Source of the DNA: Curvularia clavata
Lineage: Eukaryota
Direction of reading: 5' to 3'
Assembly: GCA_023920165.1 (NCBI GenBank)
Contig: CP089277.1
Span: 3,162,001 to 3,226,000, forward strand
Length of the DNA: 64,000 nucleotides
Each line of letters opens with the position of its first letter. Positions within the stretch are counted from its first letter, which is position 1. A program made the position numbers and the translations under genes. The notes beneath the pieces were generated by a model. The model had not been told where the DNA came from, made no database searches, and worked only from the letters and a program-made list of their open reading frames with translations. This document shows positions 1 through 13,465 of the stretch, piece by piece.

Positions 1-2836
1 AGGCCGTGCCCGGTGGTTGAAAGAAGCACGATATCTACAAGTTTCAGCCTAGTTAAGCATCGAAAATCCTAAGAGTACTCACCAACAAGCGCGGGAATCG
101 CAAAGACACTCAGGAACGTAAAGCGACGATAGGCGGGCATAACGGAGGGCTTCTGCTCGGGATCAATATCGGTCTGGGCTGCAGCATAAGCGGAAGCAAA
201 TGTAGGTGCATTGAAGATCCACATTGGAGGCTGGTGTTCTTCTTGGTTGTAGTAAGCTCTATGCTTGTTTGACAACAGAATGCCCATGTCGCTTGGCTTG
301 ATATCGAAATACGCCTCGCATCGGGATCCTAGGGCAAACAGCTCGGCAAAAGCCGCGCTCTGGTCAGAGTACTGATTGAAGAGTGGGTTTCTGTCTGAAA
401 CCTCGATGTATACCTCTTCAAAGCCAGCCTTCCTAGCAGCACAAAAGATGCAGAATAGAACAAAGTCAGCCGCCGAGTCGAGAGTTCCTCGACTTGTGAT
501 GTCGGAAATAGCTGCGGTGATGATATCCAGCTTCTGATGATCTCGCCACCACAATATGTCGTTGAACACTTCAGCAATGTGTCTGAACAACTGCAAGGCG
601 TGTCCTTCATCGAGCGTCGGCACACGTGAGAGACGATACCACTTAAGCTTGGCTTTTACCAGCTCCTCATCAGTAACTTTTCCGCCAATGTAATCCACGT
701 TACTCAGTTGCTTGAACTGATGGTATGTGGGCACATCAATTAGCAACTCTTTGCATCGTTCACGGATAGCGCAGAGTAATGAGCAATCATCTTCCCACTC
801 AGAGTAACGGATGTGCTGCAAGTATGACAGCAGCTCCGAAGACGAAAGAAGTTCCATATCTTGAAGCAGCCTCTCTGGTAGGCGCTCTGGTGAGAACGAC
901 CCAGCTGCAAATTCAGTCAGGCCATACTCGGCGAGAAAGCACTGATATCTGGTGAAGCCACGCATGCTTAGATATGTGTGAAGCAAGACTCCTCTGACAT
1001 CTTGTACCGACTTTGAGATATATACGATGGTAGCTTTAGTCCGAGGATCCAACTCCCAGACTCCCCAGAATGAAGCGCCGTTCGGGGTATGAAAGCCTGA
1101 ATCAAGTGAAGTAAACACCTGGAATCGGTAGGGGTCAGACTCGTCCTGGACGGCGTGGTTCAATGCTTCAACAAGGCCTTGAATGGATTCTTTCATAGTG
1201 GGCACAAGTTTAAGAAAGTGGCTGCTGCTGGAAGCGAAGCGGCTGAGTATTTCAGCAGTGGTACGAAATTGCTCCGTGGGAAGACGGCTGAGTAACTTGA
1301 GGTCTCGTAGATGCCGCTGTGATTTGAGTACACGATCGAAATCTGCCTTGGAGGCATCGAGTCCAATTGGGAAACACCCTAGCGACGAGTATGGTGATCC
1401 GTCGAACGAGCATGAGAGTGGGTTGTACATGTGCGCTTCTACGGCCATGGTCCAGTCAAGCCCCAGGCTTGTCGGTGATGAGGGTTCTTGGCGGACCAAC
1501 ACCCCATTTTCGTCAACCTCGGGGTATTCGATGGTCAGCGTAAACGTGCTTGATGCATCGTCATCATCGAGCGCATTCCCGTCCAACCCAGAAAGAGTTT
1601 CGGCCAAGAGAGGGAAGATTTCTTGCAGCGGCAAGTAGTCGTCAATAATACTGGAAAATCCAGGCGAAAGCTATTGGGATCAGCATCAAGAATTCATCAC
1701 CGAATGGAAGACCTACAGTGCGCGCAGTTCGGTATTTTTCATGGACGTCCATAACCTTTCGATCCTTTAACCATTGGAAAGCTGCCAGGGGTTCCTCGCA
1801 AGCGCTAACGTCGTAGATATCCGTCAGAGCCCGTTGCCGTGGGAAGTAGGGAATAGCGCCATGATAGCTGCACCACATGTGCGCTCTTCGAAGTACAGCG
1901 TGTGATAGCTCGGCATCGTCATCCACGGTGTCCCACATCATTGTGATGAACGAGCGCTGGCAAGCTTGTGAAACAAAAGACCTTGTCGTCGTTTTCATTT
2001 TGTCCATGTCGAAGAAATCTCGGCGCTCTCCGTTTGACTTGATGGTACCATTTCGGACGACGACACCGGAGAACAAGGTGAGGTTGAGCTTTTTTACACC
2101 GTCTAGGAAGTCGGGGGCACCAACTTCCAGGTATGTATCCAATCCATGCGCCGAAAGAAGCTTCGTCAGGCCATGCAGCAGAGCAATCGGAATGCGATCT
2201 CGCCACTCGGCGATGAGGACACCAGTAAAGTATCGGTTCTGGTTTGGTTGTCGCAAGGTTTGCTGAATCGTCGAAGACACGAGGTGTACTGCTCTTGATA
2301 GGTCCAGTTCAGTGCCCGGCGCAGCAGAAGGAATGATATGGCCTAGATCGAGTCGCGCGATAATGTGAGGCCCCATAGGGACACGGTCGTCCCCGACAGC
2401 TTCCAAGACGCCAGTTTGTCGATAGTCCAAGACCAGCGCTTCCCATTGTGATAGGACGCGTGCCTCCTCTTGGGTAACGGGAGTTTGCAACTTGCCAAGA
2501 TAGACACCAAAGGACGACGGCTTGGGTGGAAGATTGTGCGATATGCGAAGGACACTCGAACTCTCGGACAGAAGATGGATGCGTTCCTGTACTGCTCGTG
2601 GTAAAGTAACCTCGTCGTCATCTTTCTACAGCATTTGTAAGTCTGGGCGCTGTCAAACACTACATTGTTCTTACCTTGAGCAGTTTTCGAACTGAGCGGT
2701 AGGTGGACCATATCAGAGCGAGGATTCCGGCTAGTCCACTGGCACCGATGATGGCAATGAGCGTCCACTCCCACCAGTCTTGCACCTGGGAACCATATCT
2801 GAACGCCTGAATACCTAGGATGTCGGGCTTGGGCAT
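1..2836 (-). CDS. gtb3: Gtb3-like large glycosyltransferase of the GAG cluster (N-terminal part; gene continues beyond position 1)
   Basis: Spliced model: ATG 2836 (MPKPDILG... TM helix WTLIAIIGASGLAGILALIW), intron ~2674-2626, then KDDDEV...SFGVYLGKLQTP joining ORFs 1642-2490 and 69-1634, with further introns near 1716-1671 and 82-50. Motifs NGTI..GERRDFF and YIEVSDRNPLFNQYSDQSAAFAELFALGSRCEAYFD. Divergent from agd3 as in the Aspergillus GAG cluster. The GT catalytic domain is not within the window, so the call relies partly on context. Confidence 0.75.
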
Positions 2837-4036
2837 GATTACGGTAGTGACGTATTCCTGCTGCACAGCATATGCCTGCGCTGGCAGGCTCGTCCGTGAA
2901 GAGACTCTAGAGATTCGATTCTGGGTGTTGAATCATAAACATGGGTCATAAGACGCTCATCAACAAAAAAACAAGCGGGCGGTAAAGTGTTTCATGGAGA
3001 GGTGCTGCTACAATGTAGTCGAGACAACAACAGCAACAAGAAATCAAACGACAAGAGCGACGGCCAGGGTCTATTTTTCAGCTACAATTAGAAGCCAGCT
3101 GGAAGATGGTCAAGAGATGCATGGTGTGCTATGTGTGTTACAGTCAGGTGTTAGCTGTCGATCTGAAAGTGCATTAGCAACCAAAGCATTGTCCACCGCT
3201 GCAGGATCGGCAGCAGTAGGAGAAACGCCCCCATCCTTCGAGAATATTACGAGACGGCTCTTGGCGGCTGCGAGTGATTTTGAGGCAGCCGTCAGCGAGC
3301 GACTGGCAGAGGACAAAATCTTTTGGCGGCGCATTGGCAAGAGCATGGGTACGGTACGCTAGTGGGATAGAGTGGCCGGATTCATCTATCCCGGACAGCG
3401 AAACTGGGACCTCGTTCCCACTAGGGTGGTGCCCGCGGTTCGGCAAAGGTGGATGTCGTGGCGACGTGGTGAGAGTGGTGGACGAGAGGAATCGAGACGA
3501 GGCTGACCAGGGCAAGGTTTGGTTCGCCTTAGTAGCCTGTGCGCGCGCTAAATTTGGTCCACTTGAAGCGTCCCGCCCGGCATCCATTTTAGCCTAACCT
3601 CCTCCACACTACGACGTTAATATCAGGCTTCATCTAATATGGAATTCGCTCCGGTCTTGTCTCCGGCATGCAGTCATGCAATCCTGCAGGACACGTCTGG
3701 AGCAGGCATGGCCCTGGCCACATGTATGGGCTGACTGCGTGCGGGTGTACAATACATACACACTACGTATTTCGGGAACAGGCCATGCCAGGGGATACGG
3801 CACAAGCTTCTCCTCAACACAGTGGACCCCTCACAAGCTTACGTACAGCATCTTCCCGTCGGCCACCGTATGAGCGCCTCGCCATTTCTGCCTCTTCGCT
3901 TTGCTCCAGTCCCGGGTACGTACCCAGCGACCTGGTTGAACAAAGCCGAGAATTAAGGCGTGAATCCTGCTCCCGCTTGTCCTTCACGATCTACCGTGGC
4001 ACCCTCATTTCACGTGGCATTAGGTATTCTGCCAGT

Positions 4037-4088
4037 TCTATTCTAGCCAGCGGATCCACCAGGTCTATTTTGGCCAACGGATCTGCCA
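4037..4088. repeat. Imperfect 27-bp tandem repeat in the gtb3/agd3 divergent promoter
   Basis: tctattctagccagcggatccacca (from 4037) and tctattttggccaacggatctgcca (from 4064); both contain CGGATC. Confidence 0.6.
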
Positions 4089-4413
4089 AGTATCGTGCCG
4101 TCCAAAATCGTGTTACGCCCCATTGTATGTCAGCAAGCTTCCTAGTTCTATGTCCACCACGACCTTTGGAGGCGTCGAGCTGAAGTCTATGGTGTGGTAC
4201 GCCTGAAGACTAGGTGGATGACAAGATTCGTACTGGCAATGTTGTGGCAACGAAAATGGAAAATCAATAGTCCCTTGGACATTTACCGCATCTGGACCGA
4301 TATGCTCCAAGTGACCTATGGCATGACTTTTGCCGAGACCTGTTTATTAAGATGCCTAAATTTCCTTCACAGAAACACAGTTTAAGCCTTGCATCGTTCA
4401 CTTCGTCGTTATC

Positions 4414-6770
4414 ATGGCCTACTCTTCACTTTCGTTATTGCGAGCATGCTTAGGCTCCAGCTTCTTTCTCTTTGTTCACCAGGCGGCGGCCTACGTGGGA
4501 GGCGCGACTGTGTCTAGCACCGTTCTTGTCATTGCACGCGACAGCACGTCAGCTCAGAACAGCGCCTCACTTGGTCTGCAAGGCTATGGTATCCCTTATG
4601 AGACACTCGTTGTGCCCCAAGCCGGCATTTCCAACCTTCCCGTACTCAACTCCACTGCAACCAATGGTAACTATGGTGGTATCGTTGTCGTTGGCGAAGT
4701 TAGCTACAACTACGACAACTCGTACCGAAGCGCCCTCACTACCCAGCAATGGGACCAACTGTACGCTTACCAGACCAACTTTGGTGTGAGAATGGTCCGT
4801 CTGGACGTATTCCCTACCACTGAGTTTGGTGTTGTTGCCATAGGTGGCAGCTTGGATGATGAGCCCGTCTCCTTTACCAATACCACCGGCTTTGCTGCGG
4901 CCAACCTCAAGACGTAAGTGCAAAAATCTCCTTTCTGCCAGATAGCACAATATGGGATAGTGGCCCCTCAATTAACAGAAGCGCCACACGCGGCGAGAGT
5001 ATATGAGCAGGGTCTTAAGATGCAGGCATAGCTAACCATGTTGACAGGGGTGTGCCGATTAGCATTGCCAGCATTTACCATACTCCAGCAACAATTACAA
5101 ACTCATCAATTGCATGGGAATTCGCCAAATTCTCCACCACTGGAACTGCCGCGGTCATTAATCAGATTGGCGCTCGCCAGCAGATGGCATGGTTCTTGCC
5201 ATTTGCACTCGACTGGGCCCCGTCCAGCAACATCCTGCAACATGCATGGATTACCTGGATGACAAGAGGTCTCTATCTTGGTTTCAGGAGAATCTACCTC
5301 GGTGCGCAGGTTGATGATATGTTCCTGGAGACTGGTCTGTATCGCCCGGCAGGTCAAAACTACCGTTGCACGCCAAGTGATCTCTCAACACACGTCACGT
5401 GGCAGGCAAATCTCAACTCAAGGTTGCCAGCGGGATCAGAATTTTTCATTGAAATCGGCCACAACGGCAACGGTGACATTGAAGCATCTGCATACACGGA
5501 CAAAGGTCAGACGACCTGCAACCCGCCCCAAGCCATTGAATACCCCGATCAGCCAGACGGCAGCCCTGAATACACTAAGCCCCCTGGCACTGGCGTTAAC
5601 ATTTGGCCTACTACACCCACTCAGTACAGCTGGAGCCTCCAGTGTGCCCAGATTGATCCTCTCGAGAACTGGTTTGCGGTCACATCCAATCGCGATGCAT
5701 TTGCTCATGTTTCGCACACCTTGTACGTAAGAGGCTTGCTAAAGTTTGAACACTGCTAATAATAGATTAGCTCCCACATGGACTTGACCAACGCGACATA
5801 CTCAGACACGGCTAAGGAAATCTCCTTCAACCGAGCCTGGCTGAAGCAAGTTGGACTTGACGCTGCTAAGCGATTCAGTACCAATGGTCTCATCCCCCCA
5901 GCTATCACAGGTCTGCACAACGCAGATGTCATCAAGGCCTGGATGGACAATGGCATTGCCAATGTTGTTGGAGACAACACCCGTCCACTTCTCCGCAACA
6001 CTCAGAGCACTTTCTGGCCACTGAACACGACCGTGGCAGGCAACGGCTACGCTGGTCTCAATGTCATGCCTCGCTGGGCTACACTTATCTACTACAACTG
6101 TGATCTCCCAGACTGCACTACGCAGGAGTGGATTGACACATCTGCTGGACAAGGCACATTCACTGACTTGCTGAACAATGCCCGAGACACTGCTATCCGC
6201 AATCTCTTCGGCCTACACTGGGATCCGTAAGTTATTCGCCGTACCCTCGCTTTCATTGGCCATTGCTGACAGAGTGCACAGATACATGTTCCACCAGGCC
6301 AACATGCGTGTATCGGATGTTCCAAGCACCACTGTGAACGGCAAGACTGGAAAGTACTCGCTGCTCATGACATGGCTGGAGGTTGTCACTACTGAGATGA
6401 CTCGCCTGTATGTACACTAAGCCATATTTGGTTAAAGCACTCGCTGACGCATCATAGTACTACATGGCCTATGAAGACACTCAAGCACGACGACATTGCA
6501 AAGCAATTTCTCAACCGCCAGGCGCGCGATCTCTGCAGGCCTAGCATGACGTGGAAGACGTCGACCAACGGCGCGAGCATCGAGTCGGTCAGCGTGTTCA
6601 CAGCTGGCGGAAACAGGTGTGGAACAACCATTCCGATCACTGTGCCCGGTGCAGTGGCCGACACGACTGGTGCGACAAAAGAACAGCTGGGAAGCGACCC
6701 ATTGACCCTTTGGGTGACGATGAGTGGTGCAAGCAGACAGTACAGGCTTTCATCGGCGTTGCCTCTCTAG
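4414..6770 (+). CDS. agd3: Agd3-like secreted GAG de-N-acetylase (CE18; 'extracellular serine-rich protein' family)
   Basis: Signal peptide; VLVIARD, GLQGYGIPY, YGGIV, YQTNFGVRMVRLDVFP, metal motif QVDDMFL, HVSHTF|SH across a splice, ITGLHNAD, LHWDP|YMFHQAN. Introns ~4914-5047, ~5723-5770, ~6227-6281, ~6408-6457; stop at 6770. Confidence 0.9.
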
Positions 6771-7731
6771 GCTTCAGTGGCGGCTTTCCAATACTCCATT
6801 GCATAGGCAATGATTACGTTAGAGTTACAAATGTATAATGCGATGCCTGTGAAATAATACGAGTGGGTCCCAAAAGAAAAATTCAAGTCGTGTGCAGCCT
6901 TACAATGGTTGCGAATAATCATGGTTGTTGTTGTTTTTTGACTCGAATGGCGTGCTTGGCCCGCAGATTAAGCGGTCAGATTAGGCTTGCCGCCAAGTTC
7001 AACGTTGTTCCAGCCACAAGCGGGCGAACAGGGGGGAATATCGAAAATCCGTATTTTCGGGACGTTGTGTGGACAGCGCCTCGGTCCGTACTTGGCATAA
7101 GCGCCACCTTGAAACTGCTAATGCATCTTGGGACCCCTCGTCCAGGTCCAGTCGTCTAGCTTCGTCGACGGATCGTCTTGGGGGTTTGCCTTGAACCAAA
7201 CTCTTGAGGCCATGTTTGCGTCTTTCGACCTCCAGCCCTACCACCAACCGGAATCTTTTCCATGCGCCACACCAGCCACACTCCATAGCCCCGCGATAAT
7301 AAAAACTCCTTCCGCGTCAGGTTAGCATGTTGTTTTATATAACCACTTTTATATTGCCTACATGCGACCAACGTCCCTCAGCCGTAAGTGCCGAATAAGA
7401 AAAAGGTGCCACGACGCGACTGCGCCGCTTACGCCACGTCTCCTTTCTGCCAACCGTGTAGAGTTTGGAATGACATTTCAGCGGCTGATGGGCGTACTGT
7501 TCGGCGTCGTTTGTGAGACTATTGAATATCCTTTGTATGCTAACCAACAAACAACAACCACTGGCTTTCTCTCTCCCCACCGTGACGCTAACCAGAAACC
7601 CTTTTTTTCCTCATGCGCTGACATCCGGGGTTGCCTGAACGTCCTCGGTTAAAGTCTCCAACCAACTGCACTTCTGCCCACCCTAACAAACAAAGAAAGC
7701 ACCTCAAAAGAAAGCATATACAAGAAAAGAA

Positions 7732-8826
7732 ATGGATACGAAACCGACACTCCGCTCGCAGTCACGCCGTCGCAAGCTACTTTGCATTGTCTTGCCAATT
7801 GTCGTCGTCTGTATCCTCGCCATAGCACTAGGCGTGGGACTCGGAATCGGACTAGGCGGCTCTGGCGGAGACGACAATGACAACGACAATAACAATACGC
7901 CATCGCCACTTCCCAACCCAAACAACACACTTCCGTGGGTTCCGGCCGTATCATCGACATGGCAGATTATTCTCTCGCACCCACCTGATCTGACTGCCTC
8001 TTCCAGCCTCACCCCCAATGTTAGCATCTACGACATCGACCTGTTCGACACACCCCAGTCGACAATCGACGAGCTGCACGCTCGGGGTATCAAAGTCATA
8101 TGCTACTTCAGCGCCGGCAGTTACGAGAACTGGCGGTCTGATGCCAAGGACTTCAAAGACACTGACCTAGGCAAGCCACTGGACGGATGGCCCGGAGAGA
8201 AGTGGATCGATCTCAATAGCGAAAATGTTCGGAGCATCATGAAGAAGAGAGTGCAGCTGGCATCCGACAAGAAGTGCGATGCCGTTGATCCAGACAATGT
8301 GGATGCATACGTAAGTTTACCCGATTCTTTCCTTCCCCCCTTTGAATGAAACCAAAGAGAGATATTAACATTGTGCCTGAAGCAAAACGACAACGGGCTC
8401 AATCTCAAGTCCCAAGACTCGATTTCCTACATGCAATTCCTCTCCAACATTACCGCACCCCTTAATCTCGCGCTCGGGCTCAAGAACGCAGGCGACATCA
8501 TCTCTGCAGTGCTGCCCATCGTGCACTTCTCCGTCAACGAACAATGCGTTCAGTACGGCGAGTGCTCCACCTTTGCACCCTTCATCCAGGCCGGCAAGCC
8601 CGTATTCCACATTGAATACCCCAGTGGCGCGGGCGCTGAGCAAGGACTCAAGGAGAATGTGCTCGGCGACTATTGCTCCAAGAGCGGAAAGGGTGCCGGG
8701 AGCGAAAGCTTCAGCACCGTATTGAAGAAGATGGAGCTGGACGGGTGGGTAGAGTATTGTGATGGCAGCGTCAACGTTACGAATATCAATGAGTCACTGG
8801 GTGGACATGACGATGGCAGCTCCTAG
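7732..8826 (+). CDS. ega3: Ega3-like endo-alpha-1,4-galactosaminidase (GH114), N-terminally membrane anchored
   Basis: N-terminal TM helix; TWQIIL, YDIDLFD, KVICYFSAGSYENWR, GWPGEKW, catalytic DPDNVD and NEQC, KPVFHIEYP. One intron 8311-8382. Confidence 0.92.
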
Positions 8827-11800
8827 TTTAGTACGACCTTTTTTTACTTCGTCACCACTAATAATTGAAGTTGTGTTGAGAGAATAAGGTTTAGACAGTA
8901 CGATAATACTAGTTTTCAATCGTGTCTGTCGCTCGATTTGTTTAGCACGTATAGGAGCTCCGCGGTCAACTTCCGATCCCACACACATTTTTTTTGTTGC
9001 TTTGTCTAGGGATCCTGTCGTTCCGACTTGCAGTTGAACTAGTATTGGCCTTGTTTTAGTGACTTCCAATAGCCTCCACATCCCGAAAGCATTGACACTG
9101 CTAGTTGCTCGCGCCATGAATACGTCGTGCTCCTCAACAGATGGTAAGCATGGGGTCATAGTGTATGGCGTGCTTGGGCACTACCGACACCGGCGTCTCT
9201 AGCTCTCAGTCCGATGCATGTGAATATAGTAGTTCACTCGATGTTCGAGAATATCTCTCATGCCACTGTCAAAGCGCTTCCCGAGCTGAAAACTTCAGCA
9301 CCGTCTTGAGGCCGAATATGGCGTTATGAGGGAAAAAAAATTTGTGCTCGCCCCGAGCTTCGAGGACCGAAATCCTGCGGTCCTCTCCAACCGGCGGGTA
9401 GTGCGAACACACGTGTCTCTTCTCGCTGTCAAAACACAAAATATGCGATGTTGCACGGCAGCTGTGTCTGGAACCAAGGTGGTCCCCATCTCGCCATGTC
9501 TCCACCCGAAGCCCTTACCATGGGAGCACGACCAGCTGGTCCCTGAGCTTAGGCAGAACTGGGTCTACGGCCATAATCCGGGGAATCCATGCCGATATCA
9601 TGCTTTTTGTATGTATGTGTATAAACTTGCTCGCATACGACCAGCTGTAACAGACGTGTATTGGTCTGGCTCGTGCTGTGTGCCGATCCTCCAAGTGGTG
9701 GAATTAGTATACGATGCTGCAAGTCGTGAGATGCATGCATGTGTGTAACCTACGCGGGTTAAGGGTGCCACGCGCCAAGAAATATCTACCGACCGGATGA
9801 ATGCACTCAATACCCGGTCCAGTTTGTGCACAAGTCTTCTACACCGGTCAGTAGCAGAGCGGTAACTGCGCTCGGCATTCAAGGCTATGTTTGGAGATTG
9901 CCATGACGGGGTATATGGTACTTGCTAACTTAACGTTTCATCTGCATATAATGCTCTGTAAACACAGCACTCATGCTAGTAGCAGAAACCCTGCTTGTAG
10001 CAGACTGCAGACCCATCCAATGATTTTGTACATGAGAGCACATCCATGTCAGGGTCGGATGACTGGGTAGGCGGGCACGCCTAGCGAGTAGACTTGCAGC
10101 ATTGGTGTATAGAAAGCTTACATTTGTGCAAGGCGGTCGGGCTGTGCTGGCAAGCAGGTGAGGCACGAGCATCTAAATCAGAGCGCTTCTCTCGTATTCG
10201 GATGCAGGAGGCAAGTCTTCTGGACTCTTGGGAGAGCCAAAAACCAAAACACCAAGGCTCGTTACCGGATTTCTGCAAGCCAATGGGCCCAGGCACACGG
10301 TGCTCCACTCAAAGGATGCATCCTTGAACACGACACACAAGGCAGGCGGTCCACAATTTTGAATGCGCCATACATATGAGAAGTAAGGCGGCCAAGGGGG
10401 TAGGGGCAAGGGTAGGGGGGCGGTGCGGGGCAATCACCTTGCCCCTGCTCATGTTTTCTCGGCATGCGAGCCTGAAAGGCAAAAACCTGCGATACGAACT
10501 GTACGGATGTACAGAATTAGCACAGATCATGGTGCGATCGTAATGCTATACAGTAGTAAAGAGATCGGCAGACCCGGGCAATCGGCTTGCAATGCCTCCC
10601 GCCATTCAGAATGTGGGGGCGTTGTTTAGTTGTAACTTTAGCTTCATATTACTGGGTAGGCTAACTTGAATCGACAAGGAAAAAGATCCCCCGTTGTGCC
10701 GAGCAGCTCACCCACTTGGCTAGACGGGCACTACGACTAGTCTTCGGGGAGTTGACGTTTCAACGCACAGCGCCTCGTCCAGCTGTTTTCACCCAATGGT
10801 CTCACCATCGGTAGACGTCATATGTAAGCCGGCTGCTCGCTTGCGACCTCAACTGCTTGGCATCATGGTTGGAGCGGAGACTGGCGCAAGAAGCTATTGA
10901 AATCCTTCAAGTAAGAGTTTTTTTTCTGACAATTCGTCATTCAGCTCGGCACAAAATCGGTAGTTTTGGGCACTCAGAATGTTGCACTTGCCAAGCAACG
11001 ATGAGCAGAGCCGCCGGCATTCAAGCTTCCTGGCAAACACGCGGTAACTACGGTATTCTGCCGGAGATAGCATGGGTAGTTTGAACTTTCTACAATTTCC
11101 GGTACCGAAACCTTCTCTGGAAAAATTCATAGATGCAAACTGATATAGAACGAGGGTTTAAAATTTCCGCACGGAGATGAGATCAAAGTTGGAATAGAGT
11201 GGTGACGCATGCTTAGCGCGTAAGCTAAGGACTTAAATGGCGTCTAGGAACAGTAAATGGCGTGGGATTAGCTGACCGTCAGATCTACCACCTAAAGCAA
11301 CCTAGCATATGTGATATTAGTGTGATGCTGGGGCTGGTCAACCCCCTGGGGTTCATCATAGTGAAGAGAATGCTACATGAAAATCTTTACTTGTTCGGAC
11401 TCCGTATCCTGATTGACTTGCTGTAGTTGTGGTCGGTTCTAGAACTATTCACCCGACGGCCTGGCGGTCCGTTCATGTCGTGCAATACTTGCTCAGATGG
11501 CGAACGCATGCTTTGTCGACTCCTTGTTCTGCATCAGCTCGCCAGTGGGTCCCGGCAACGAGGTAATCACGATTGGCCAAGAGATTTTTCTTATTCCCCC
11601 ATCCTTCGGATGTGACAACCAAGACCTTAGCCGCCGGTCGGTGCACCTAAATTGAACTGACGGACCGAGGCTTCACATACACGTGGGGTGCTGAAGGCGA
11701 CGGGGCAAAAGCCGCCTTGCTGGTAAGGCTTAGGTGTCCGATGTGTGTCTCACTTAGCTGCTTCTGCAAGGCTGTCGAAAGACACTTCCAGATCTCACCA

Positions 11801-13212
11801 CTAACCGTCTCAGCCTAACACGGCGTCAAGGCATTGGATGGCTGCGGACGAAACACTGCGAAGCCATACGTGTGTAATCGGAGCTAAGAGCGAGTCATAT
11901 GATGCGAACAGCACAGAATTAGAACTTGCAGCATGAATGCTGTCATCTTGACCAAGGCGAAGCTTTGCATAGCAAGTATGGGCAGTGCTCTGCTGTCACG
12001 GTCATGCCGACCTTTTGCCTTTTTGTCCCTTCGCTTCGAAATGTTCCATGGGGCGATGCGTGTTTGAAGCTGGGTGTATGTCCGAGGCTGCTGGAACGAG
12101 ACTCCATCGAAACATCTAGACTTTTTTGGAGTCTGTATGGTGGAGTGAAGTTGCATGACAGCCTTGCGCTTATGCACTTACTGAGAACCGGCCGAACTTC
12201 AACCACCTTGTGTAACCCTAGGTAGTTTCATGGACGAAATTGGTGTACCAGATGAACAAAAGCACAGGAGTGCTTCCACAACACCTAATTGAGCGATGAC
12301 CGGTGTGGCACTGCGCATCCTGGCAAAACAAGCTTACCAATATAGCTCTCCATTAGCCCGAACCTGTCTTCCGAGACCTGAGACGCAGTTTCCAGATACG
12401 CGCCGTAATCAGATCATATTCGCGCGCGCATGCTATCGACAAAGATGCCGCTCAACGGCAGTGGCAAGTTATGCTCGTCCCAGAATAAACATAAAGTGAT
12501 GTCATCCAATACAGAGGTTGACATCCTAGTACACCACTTTGCTGCTACGTAGCCGATGTTGCACATATTGTTGAGCAAAGTGAGCGCTTCTACAGCTGTA
12601 GGGTACTTTGTATTCGGGAATGCGTCTTCTCCGGGCCCACTATGCAGGTTTCCAATTGCAGTAAACTGTGCTCGAGGGTTACAGGTTTCCTGAACAGGTT
12701 AGGGATGTGGCCACTAGAACAACAGGGAGAAGGAGGGTTCAAACACATCATGGAAAGGATTCCACGCCCCCCTGCTGGAGGGGCAGGCGTAGATGGAGAC
12801 AATGGCCGAGCGAGACCCATCCATGGCTCTAGCGTAGACACGGCTTACTATGGACCAATTACGAAGGATTGGTGCCAGCCTCAACAATCCGATTTGGCAG
12901 TGTCGTTCAAAAGTAGCCAAAAAAAGTATTCATAAGCCTGGCGGGTGGTGAGAATTTCCCCTGTCATGCTGACGGGCAATGGTGGCCTTGACGGTGAACT
13001 CCAGAAACTGAGGGAAGACGCTGCCAACTCTGTCAATTGAACCCTCTCAGATTCAGATGAAAGCAATTTTAGACATTAGGAACATGTTAGTGTAACCTGC
13101 ATGGGTACGGCTGGGTATTGCCCATTCGGCGATGCAAATTGGACAGGGATCTTAGCGATGCAAGAAGATATTTGGGAGAGCTGGGCCTGGAGAGACTCCG
13201 GGTCTCATGAAT

Positions 13213-13236
13213 CGGGATCAAGCGGGATCAAGCGGG
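13213..13236 (+). repeat. 10-bp tandem repeat (CGGGATCAAG)x2 + CGGG upstream of uge3
   Basis: Direct reading: cgggatcaagcgggatcaagcggg. Confidence 0.7.
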
Positions 13237-13344
13237 CTGGTAGTGCCAAGTAAAGTAGACAATATTGATGGCGCAAAAAAGTCTGGCTTTGACGTGTTCT
13301 GCCTAATTGACTGTAAGCTGAGTACCGCTGCGACGTGTGTGGCG

Positions 13345-13352
13345 TATATAAA
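13345..13352 (+). promoter_or_regulatory. TATA box of uge3
   Basis: TATATAAA ~120 bp upstream of ATG 13466, followed by a CT-rich leader. Confidence 0.55.
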
Positions 13353-13465
13353 GATTTTAGGGTTGGCAATACCAAGGTAGATCAGTAACACGCCGACCAC
13401 ACTCGCTCCTCTTCGCTCTCCTTCGCTCCATTCACTCATTCAGCAAGAAAGGCGCGTTTCACACC

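Noticed and set aside
11397..11407. GGACTCCGTAT as a SomA-binding site (motif recalled as GTACTCCGTAC)
   Set aside because: Only 9/11 match, 2 kb from uge3, no exact copy noticed in the cluster promoters, and the motif is recalled from memory.
8827..13465. Short ORFs in the ega3-uge3 gap as sph3 remnants or a transposon
   Set aside because: No GH135 motifs, transposase/RT motifs, terminal repeats or target-site duplications were recognisable by eye.
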